From Octopus sinensis (taxonomy: Eukaryota), in the NCBI RefSeq assembly GCF_006345805.1, contig NW_021826415.1, positions 1-12,894 on the forward strand: a stretch of DNA of 12,894 bases, given 5' to 3'. The notes under the pieces were generated by a model, which worked only from the letters and a program-made list of their open reading frames with translations, was not told where the DNA came from and ran no database searches. Within the stretch, counting starts at the first letter, position 1, and each line of letters begins with the position of its first letter. Shown here one piece after another: positions 1 to 8,386 of this stretch. Position numbers and translations under genes: made by a program.

Positions 1-315
1 GAGATCTGGTTACAAACCTTTGTTCTGCTGTTCATCAAAGCGAAAAAGGCAAACTGCCAAATTGTCGGTTGCTCTCTGACCAGATTTTGGCCGAGCCTAT
101 GGTAGTGGAGAACTCCGGTGTTCACCGTCCCTGGGCCATATCACTACTCACTGCTCTGATTACGGAGAGGGCTATCTGCAAACGCTAGCTCATGGCTCAG
201 ACTGGCTGTTCCAATGCATCTCCCTCACCCACCTCCGTGTCAACGCTTTCTCCCTGTCGTCTGCTGGGACCATGAGGTGCACTGACAAGCTTTCTTAGAG
301 GAAAGAAATAATAAT

Positions 316-412
316 TTAGGCAGGACCCATAAGCCATAGGCCATAGATATATTTAGGCCAGGCCCATCAGCCATAGATATATTCAGGCAGGGGCCATAAA
401 CCATACATATAT
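316..412. repeat. Degenerate 30-bp minisatellite, 3 copies
   Basis: Units at 316-352 (37 bp, with an internal duplication of gccatag), 353-382 (ttaggccaggcccatcagccatagatatat) and 383-412 (tcaggcaggggccataaaccatacatatat), read directly from the sequence. Confidence 0.85.
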
Positions 413-838
413 TGAAGTGTAAACCAGGAAAAGCATTGATGTTTGTTATTTGCCTTCATCATAAATACCTGTCTGCCTGTCTGTCTGTTTCTTTGTGTCT
501 ATATGTGACTCTCTGTCTCTCTCTTTCTCTGTAGATCTTTTGAAAGGAAGTCTTATGAAGGCCTAACTGGCAGTAATGATATGGATGGACAGAATTCACA
601 AGAAATATAATAACGTTTAATGAATTTTCACAGATTTTCAAAACCGTAACTGCTACAAAACTTTCACCGTCTCATCATCTGAATGACGCCATGACAGTAT
701 TGTGTTGCTGTCTCTTCTCTGTGACACGAAAGAAAACAATAATGCTATTCGTACGGTAAAGTACAAAATCAGAATCGCAGAATGTAAAAGAGTCGAACAG
801 TTAACTTCAAATTTCTGTCCTAGATTGTTTGTTGCATG

Positions 839-1227
839 ATCCATCCATCCATCCATCCATCCATCCATCCATCCATACATACATCCACCCATGCATACAT
901 ACATATATGCATACAAATATAGGTACATGCATATGTACATATATAAATGCCTATATTTGTGTATATATATACACCAGTTGAGGTGTATGTATATGTGTGT
1001 ATTTTTATTGGTATACTCATATGTATATCTACGTATCTATATCTATATGTCTATGCTTATCGTTGGCATGTTTTCTTTTTTTGCACACACATATACACAC
1101 ACACATGCACAACACACGCTCCCCATTATATCATATATGTATATGTATATATATATATGTGTGTGTGTATATATATATATGTATATATATATATATTTAT
1201 ATATATGAATATATTATACACACACAC

Positions 1228-1297
<70 letters not shown>

Positions 1298-1332
1298 TCT
1301 ATATATATATGCATATATGTGCACACACACCA
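839..1332. repeat. Compound microsatellite (ATCC)n / (TA)n / (TG)n / (CA)n
   Basis: (ATCC)n run at ~839-875 followed by interleaved TA, TG and CA dinucleotide runs. This accounts for the Y/I/H/T-rich ORFs here. Confidence 0.95.
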
Positions 1333-1554
1333 CCTGTGTAAAATTGTAAAGAAGTGAAAATAATTTGACAGAAGTAGATAAGTGAGAAAATGGGAGCGGG
1401 CAGAGGAGGGAATGAAATGAGATTAAAAGGAGGAAAGCGAGAAGAACAACGTCAACAACATTGAGGTCAATGCCTAAAAAAATATTTCGGATGACGTAAT
1501 GATCCTAACAGAATCGAAAGGTGAATGGGATATGTAGTGAGGTGGAGATAAATG

Positions 1555-1712
1555 AGAGGATGAGGATGAGGAGGAGGAGGCGGATGGCGAGGGAGGAGGA
1601 AGAGGAGACGAAATTTAGTGGCAGAAGCAGTGACAGGAAGTAGGTGGAGAAAGTGAAGAAGAAAGGATTGGTATTAGACGAAGTAGTATAAGTAACAGCA
1701 TCAGCGTCAGTG

Positions 1713-1755
<43 letters not shown>

Positions 1756-1837
1756 ATGAACATTGAGAGAAAGAAGAAAGCTGGAAAGGAGGACGGAAGA
1801 CAAATAATAATAATAATAAGAAGAAGAAGAAAAATAA

Positions 1838-1887
<50 letters not shown>

Positions 1888-2132
1888 GAAGAAGAAGAAG
1901 AAGAAGAAAAGAAGAAAAAGAAGAAAGAGAAAAAAGATGAAGAAGAAAAGAAGAAGAAGAAGAAATGAAGAAGAAGAAAAAGGAAGAGAAGAAGGAAAAG
2001 AAGAAGAACCACCACCACTACCACCAATGCCATCACAATCATCAATAACAATAACGCCACCACCACCACCACAACAACAACAGCAACAACAGTAGGAGCA
2101 GCAGCAGCAAGGAAGTGAAGAAAGAGAAGAAG
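1555..2132. repeat. Compound trinucleotide array (GAG)n,(TAG)n,(TAA)n,(GAA)n,(CCA)n,(CAA)n,(CAG)n
   Basis: Successive triplet runs: GAG ~1555-1610, TAG ~1710-1755, TAA ~1803-1886, GAA ~1887-2008, CCA/CAA/CAG ~2009-2110. Confidence 0.95.
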
Positions 2133-2503
2133 CAGAAGTCTTCAGAGAACTCTGAAGAAATGCTTCGTTCATGTGGAAATAATAATTTTCGATGGAGGGT
2201 GTTCCTGTAAAATACATTATTATTTGAAGGAAATGGCATATTTAAAGGAAAGATTGGACATGGAACATTTCTGGAATGTTCTATCAAACCAGTCGAACAA
2301 AATAGATAGACGCGATATAGATGTGTGCGTTTTGATAGGAATTGGTGTGATCTAAATGGTTTGTGAACTAATATGCTAAATATCTAATCTATCAGAGTCT
2401 TGGAGAATGGTAGCGGTGTGCGTGGCATGGCAGTGAGAAGAAGAGATAGTGTGAGCTGTTGTGACAGAGAATGATGTGTCTAGAGACAGAAGGAAATGGT
2501 TGG

Positions 2504-2960
2504 ATATATATATATACATACATACATTATATATATTATATATATTATATATATATAATATATAGATATAGAGAGAGAAGAGGAGAGAGAAAGAGAGAGC
2601 GAGAGAGAAGAGAGAGCGAGAGAGAGATAGTAAAACACGCACGTTCATACATATATACATTCACACTTGCATGTGTACATATGTATGAAGAAAGTTATAT
2701 CTCTACTTACGTGTATGTATATATATATATGTGTGTGTGAGTGTGCACGTGTTTTGTGTGTATGTTTGTGTATATATATATATATATATAATATGTATTC
2801 ATATATATATATGTATATACATATATCTATCTATCTATACATACATATATTTGCGCGTATAGATCTACGAATAAATACATTGTGTATGCAAATACATATG
2901 CATAAGCATACACACAGATACACATGTTTGTATGTATGTACGGACATACATACATACATG

Positions 2961-2999
<39 letters not shown>

Positions 3000-3012
3000 G
3001 CAAAGGTATATG

Positions 3013-3043
<31 letters not shown>

Positions 3044-3246
3044 TATATATATATCAATGGAAATAGAGAGAGAATGAGAGTGATTATCAAAGAATAATGA
3101 CGAATGAAACGGTAGGTAGGGATTTGAGCGGAAGAGAGATGTTATCAATGCGAAATATCTCGACTGTGTTGAAATTAGAAAGAATGAGAAAAGAAAGAAA
3201 ATAAGAAAACAAAAGAGAAATAAAAGAAATATTGGGGCTTGAGAAT

Positions 3247-3281
<35 letters not shown>

Positions 3282-3462
3282 CAATATATGTTAACCTACG
3301 CAAAACACGTACATACACATATACAGATACATACATTCGTACTTCCATGCATGCATATTTACAAATACACTCGTATATACACACACACACACATTCACAC
3401 ACACACACATTCACATACACACACTCTCTCTCTCTCTCTCTCGCTTTCACACACATACACAT
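2504..3462. repeat. Compound dinucleotide microsatellite region (TA/GA/TG/CA/CT)
   Basis: Directly visible runs with short unique spacers, e.g. ~3080-3175. Confidence 0.93.
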
Positions 3463-3820
3463 CAGTGTATTGACCAGACAATCGGATGTAGTTATACACC
3501 GCTTGTCACAATGCATTTTGTTGTGGTCTTCAGATGAAGCGTCTACGGCATCATCATTTACAGTACGTGAGTCTGCAAGACCATCATCTTCGGCAGCTCA
3601 AACCAATTGGAATGATTTACTCATGTTGGTGTGAGGAATAAGAATTTTCAGCCCCATCTGCATCCAAGAAAGACATCGTACAGACTGTTACACACTATTT
3701 GAATCCAGTACGAATCGTCAGGTTATAAAAATAACTAACATTCATAATGATTCTAATGTCGAGATCCCTAATCGAAGTGTATTGTTCGCTAATGTCCAAG
3801 TTATTCAGGAGGAAGGATCT

Positions 3821-3986
3821 ATCTTTATTTTATATTTTATCTTCTGCATGTTTTAATCATTAGACTGCGGCCATGCTGGGACACCGCATTCAAATATTGC
3901 TGTCGACTGAATCGACCCCGTTGCTTATTTTTTCTTTTAAGCCTAGTACTTATTCTATCGGTGTCTTAGGCCGAACCGCTAATTTA
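3821..3986 (-). mobile_element. 3' fragment of Octopus tRNA-derived SINE (OR-type), including A-rich tail
   Basis: Contains tgcggccatgctgg (3866), gtcgactgaatcgacccc and gtacttattctatcggtgtctt...gccgaaccgctaa, the reverse complement of the 3' region of the abundant Octopus SINE as I recall it. It shares an identical 22-mer (3946-3967 = 5736-5757) with the second copy in this window. The T-rich left end is the A-rich 3' tail on the minus strand. Confidence 0.85.
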
Positions 3987-4704
3987 AGTTGTTCAGATTG
4001 AATGGACTTTCTGACGATGTCTAGTCAACATCTCCAAAAGAGGCAATATTCGTGCTCTAGTCAGCTAAATGTTACTTATTTTAGCGTTTGTTTATGTGAG
4101 GAGCAAAGAAGCGACATTTTATGATTGGAGAAAAAGCAGACATTTTTAAGGTTTTTTAAGAAAGATATAAGAAGAGGTAAGAAGAGCTTTTATTCATAAG
4201 TGTATAACACAAGATCCAGTCATCCTTCATTCGCAGGGTTTCAGATCCAGGTGTACTGCATGCCTGATCACTCCGTTATCTATCGCGTAGGGAGTTGTAA
4301 TCGGTTGTCACGATTAGAGCTGCACTTTATATGGCTGTAGATTATGACAGTTTGAAAAGCTCCAAATACAAATGCAGTTCGTGATACGAAAGGTTATCTA
4401 TCACTTGTCGCTGACGGACATTAACCATAGAAAATTAGCAGCTGGCTGAATACCCTCGAGCTACGGGATACAGAATTATCATTGCTAGCTCTAGGAGCTA
4501 CGCCAAGAAGCTGCTGTCGTTGATTAATATAACTTCAGGCAAATTGTCCCCTTTACATCGTAGTTGCTTTATTTTGCGCTTTCAGAAATTTCAATGACCT
4601 GACAATATGACAGCATTCTAAACCCTTACGAACTAACCTGACTCACGACCAGTAATGTGAGGCTTTACTTACAGCTTGCGCTTATATTGTTATTCACGAG
4701 GGGC

Positions 4705-4733
4705 ATATATATGATATATATATATATAGATAT

Positions 4734-4794
<61 letters not shown>

Positions 4795-4825
4795 CTCGTA
4801 TGTATATATCACTGTGTATATACGT
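4705..4825. repeat. (TA)n microsatellite
   Basis: Long interrupted TA run. Confidence 0.95.
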
Positions 4826-5629
4826 ACAGATAAAAGCATCGGATTTTGTTAAACATCGCTGATTATAATGCACTTCCAATTGTTTCTTGACTGCCACCTT
4901 GTTTTCCATCTTGGCCCAAATCGTTTAACTAATTAGATTTCCTTCCGCCTGCATTTCCTCGATCTTTTGCAAAATCTTGGCCATACAAGTTGCTGTGTGA
5001 ATGACAAACATTAATTTTTCAGGTTTCCTGTGTTTTAATATTTCTAATAATATACAGGATTCAAAATTCTCCAATAATTTTGAACGAAATCATATTAGTT
5101 AACATAGTGAAGCTACTTCAACAGTGTTTTGGAGTGGCAACGCCCGTTCTGTATAAACAAAATTACTATTTTACAATATGAAATGATGAAAGGTGGAGAA
5201 ACAAGAAACTAAATAAGCACGAACGAATTTTGTCCATAAAATATATTTTCAACAAACAAATAAAATACGATTGAACTCAAACAAAAAACGAAAATATAAA
5301 GAATAGATCATAAATTGAAACGAAAAACAATGCAAAGAACATTATAAATGAAAAATATATATAAATATAAACATTAAAGAATCCGTACAAAAGAAACTCG
5401 ACGATGATAATAAAAATAGTGGCAAACAACAATATCGGAGCAACAAAACAATAAACTAGAGATAAATCATAGAAAAAAAACAAACAAACATGAAAAGTAA
5501 AATATTGAGAGAAAGAAAGAATTTCTGTATAGGTGTTGCGAGATAAATTGGTAGGATGAAGAGAAATGGTAAATCTTAGAACATAATCTATGGTTTTAGA
5601 AGACAATAAATGAAGGTAAACTCATATGG

Positions 5630-5823
5630 TTTTTCTTTTTATCTCTTGCTTGTTTCAGATATTTAATTGCGGCCATGCTGGGGCACCAGCTTGAAGAATT
5701 TTTAGTCGAATGACAGGACCCCATTATTTACTCTTGTACTTATTCTATCGGTGTCTTTTGCCGAGCCACTAGTTTACACCGGTTGTCAGACACTAGAGTG
5801 AGACACGCACAAACACACACACA
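5630..5823 (-). mobile_element. 3' half of Octopus tRNA-derived SINE (OR-type), ending in internal (CA)n
   Basis: tgcggccatgctggggcacc (5668), tagtcgaa, gtacttattctatcggtgtcttttgccga (5736), acaccggttgtca and then (CA)n. Homologous to 3821-3986, with a T-rich tail at 5630-5650. Confidence 0.85.
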
Positions 5824-5840
5824 TTTCTGATACTAGAATG

Positions 5841-5922
5841 TTGTTCACAGTGACGTCGAAGCTTTGGCCATCTAAGCCACCGCCAAGCAAGATGGCTAAG
5901 ATTTCGAAGTCACTCTTAACGA
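5841..5922 (+). ncRNA. Candidate pre-miRNA-like stem-loop (unvalidated)
   Basis: Arm 5849-5873 (agtgacgtcgaagctttggccatct) pairs ungapped with 5890-5914 (agatggctaagatttcgaagtcact): 20 Watson-Crick, 3 G:U and 2 mismatches, with a 16-nt loop and an extra basal stem ttgtt/aacga. The hairpin is directly visible; miRNA function is inference. Confidence 0.35.
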
Positions 5923-6024
5923 AATTTTTATATAAGCATAATGAAATTGTGTTCTACGAAAGTATAGTGTAACCCATCAGATTAATGTAAAATTGATTTT
6001 ATTATAACTGAACATAAAAATAAG

Positions 6025-6062
<38 letters not shown>

Positions 6063-6065
6063 TAT
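6025..6065. repeat. (CA)n microsatellite
   Basis: Directly visible run. Confidence 0.95.
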
Positions 6066-6254
6066 TTATAGGCAGTCAGAATTTTGGATAATTCTTCATT
6101 AGCGCTTTCGTTCGTTTTTCGAACTCGTCAAAACAAACTCAAAATCAAAATGGTAAAAACAACGTTTCTTTGCTCATTTATATGAATCGGATGCTTTTTT
6201 GCTTTATTTAGAAGAGGAGAATATTGTTTTTTTCTTTCTTTTGGAATAAGGTGG

Positions 6255-6457
6255 GAGAGAGAGACAGAAAGGCAAAGAGGGGTGAATAGATAGATAGGTA
6301 GGTAGGTAGAGAGAGAGAGAGAGAGGTTTCAGGATAAACAAGAAAGTGGAGAAAAATAAAAATAATAATAAAGTATGGGGAAAGGTTAGATAGATAGACA
6401 GACAAACCGACAGATAGATAGGTAGATACATAGATAGATAAATGGATAGATAGACAG

Positions 6458-6518
<61 letters not shown>

Positions 6519-6540
6519 AATACAGAGAGAGGGAGAGAAG
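6255..6540. repeat. Compound (GA)n / (TAGA)n / (TAGG)n / (TA)n microsatellite
   Basis: Directly visible runs, purine-rich on the + strand. Confidence 0.93.
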
Positions 6541-7279
6541 TTTCTTTTCAATTTGATGCGGTCAATTCATCGAAATTTCCTTACAAAGCATTTTTCTTTT
6601 TTCTTAGTCCTTTTCTTCTTTTTTCTGTCCATTGTATACCCTTCAACATATTTGTAAATAAACAGATTTTCTCGCAAGGGCTGGTGACCTTTCAAAGATG
6701 TTAATTTTAGGAAATAGGATGGAAGAAATGAGAAAAGTGGGGAAGGAGCGGTCATTACTGATCAATAAAAAAATAGTTCAAAGTTCAAAGTCCTATGAAG
6801 ATGTATATTCTTTTACACTTTTATAGTCAAGTCCCATTTTGTGTGTAATTCCAATTTTTGCCTGAACAAACATTAAATATTAGTAAAATATTCATAAATT
6901 AGGAAAATGATGTCAGAATATAAAATAAGACTACTGTTTATAGTTCTATCTATTCTCTCTGTACATTTAATCAAAAATCATAAATGCGTTTTATATGTAT
7001 ATTGTATATTTAGCTGGAAGCCAAGCTGTAGGATATAAATTATATAATAAAACAGGGTCTGCTTAAATGTATATATAATTTTTTTAGTACCTTTTATCCT
7101 TTTGTAGGAGTTTTTTCTTCTTTGATTGGACAAGAGAATTCAAAAGAGATCTTTTTCACGAATTACTGTGCCGAATAGTTACATTAGATAACTTTCCTCA
7201 ATCTGTGGCAAAATGGTTCTAGCATTCTTTCATCATCATTACTAATTAAAAAATAATAATGATAAAAATGTAGTTCCTC

Positions 7280-8208
7280 TGCATATGAGGGTGAAAACCG
7301 CGTCCCCATAGCCGTGCCCTTTTTATCTGTCGATATGTTTTATTATCGAATCTAAAGGTGTTTTCTTCTAGCACTAGGTATATGGCCTTGGGGATGAAAT
7401 CAGATTTGAAGCGTTCATCTCTATTCGTCCTCTTTGTTTCTCTTCCCAGTTTTTGACTGCTTCCAGGCCCACAATGTGAGGTATATTGGTATAACGATTG
7501 ATGACATCAAAGCTTGTAAGTGTAATACCTTCTGGGACAGTGGGTGGAATGTACCGGAGGAAATCTATGCCGTCCCTTATATAGCCGGGTATTAAAGGGC
7601 ACATGAGTTTTTCGGAGTATGCCCCCAAAATGACCTAGTTGTTATGTTGGTGCTTGATGTCCAGTAACTATTGGTCCCTGTTCGAGGTCGGAAGGTCTTT
7701 GTATTTTTATGTATTAGTTCCTCTTATCATTTATGGCTCTCTGTTTTGCGGGGTTTTGGGGATTTTGGTATATCTGTAGAAATTGTTCTCTTTGATTACA
7801 GAGTCGCATAAATAATCTTTCTCATTGGCTGTGAAGAAATCTTGGAATTCATTGACAAGTATTTTGATTTTATTCATTGTTGCTTTTTCCGGGTGTCTTG
7901 TAGTAGGTTTGGTCAGTATTTCCACTAATTTATCTTTACACTAGACTTTGTCCAAGATCACAATCGCCCCTCCCTTATCAGATTCTTTTACGATCATCGA
8001 ATTGTCATTCTTCAGTGTAAGTAAGAATTGTTTTACTTCTCGACGAAGGTTATGCTTGCATTTAGGGGTACTTAGGGGCAATTTCGAAATTGTGTCTATA
8101 TATGCGTCTAAATGTTTGCCATTCCCCTTATAGGGTGTGGAGTAGGATTTATTTCTGACATTTCATTTGTCATTTATATCCTTATTGCTGAAGAATTCTA
8201 TAAGCTCC
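7280..8208 (-). mobile_element. Degenerate Penelope-like retroelement (PLE), N-terminal part of reverse transcriptase; truncated and non-functional
   Basis: Minus-strand translation across stops and frameshifts gives ELIEFFSNKDINDK*NVRNKS...KHNLRREVKQFLLTLKNDNSMIVKESDKGGAIVILDK...GYIRDGIDFL...LTSFDVINRYTNIPH...LVLEENTFRFDNKTYRQIK/GTAMGTRFSPSYA. These match PLE RT motifs (K..DKG..V, FDV..LYTNIP, Y.Q..G.AMG...P.YA). Homology stops before the YxDD motif, and no GIY-YIG endonuclease is seen. Confidence 0.9.
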
Positions 8209-8386
8209 ATATATATATATATATATATTTACGACAGGCTTTCACTTTACGTCTACCAAATCTACCGACAAGGCTTCGGTTGGCCCTAGGCTAGGGTAAT
8301 AAGCACTCATCAAAGGAACCACGTTGTGGGACTGAAACCGGAACCATGTGATTGGGAAGCGAATGTCTTACCGCACAGCCATCCCT
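8209..8386 (-). mobile_element. 5' head of Octopus tRNA-derived SINE (OR-type) with internal (TA)n
   Basis: Minus strand reads ggatggctgtgcggtaagacattcgcttcccaatcacatggttccggtttcagtcccac...gaagccttgtcggtagatttggtagacg...gcctgtcgtaaatatatat, matching the recalled tRNA-like head of the Octopus SINE and followed by its internal microsatellite (8209-8228). Confidence 0.87.
8328..8381 (-). promoter_or_regulatory. Degenerate RNA Pol III internal promoter (A box and B box) of the SINE head
   Basis: A-box-like TGGCTGTGCGG (8381-8371) and B-box-like GTTTCAGTCCC (8338-8328) at tRNA-like spacing. Both deviate from consensus. Confidence 0.6.

Noticed and set aside
316-412. Possible CRISPR-like array
   Set aside because: Units are contiguous with no unique spacers, the context is eukaryotic and there are no cas genes.
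820-1357. Multiple 60-136 aa ORFs rich in Y/I/H/T/C/V (also 2376-3516, 9595-10663, 11014-12148)
   Set aside because: They are translations of TA/CA/TG dinucleotide repeats, open in several frames on both strands, with no domain signal.
1615-2217. 200-aa minus-strand ORF with poly-C/G/S/L/F tracts
   Set aside because: Almost entirely the trinucleotide array; homopolymer runs simply reflect the triplet units.
3600-3610. AAACCAATTGG shared with 12724-12734
   Set aside because: A single 11-mer match with no extended flanking homology.
4005-4045. CTGACGA, a possible hammerhead ribozyme core (also CTGAAGA near 2152 and 8188)
   Set aside because: No properly placed stem II plus GAAA and stem III.
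5277-5606. 109-aa hydrophobic minus-strand ORF resembling a membrane protein
   Set aside because: The F/I/L/Y bias follows from A-rich low-complexity DNA; non-ATG start and no motif.
6095-6118. ctttcgttcgtt resembles the 3' half of miR-278
   Set aside because: No seed match and no supporting hairpin; chance similarity.
8310-8386. Possible tRNA gene
   Set aside because: No intact cloverleaf; it continues into SINE body sequence, so it is a tRNA-derived SINE head.
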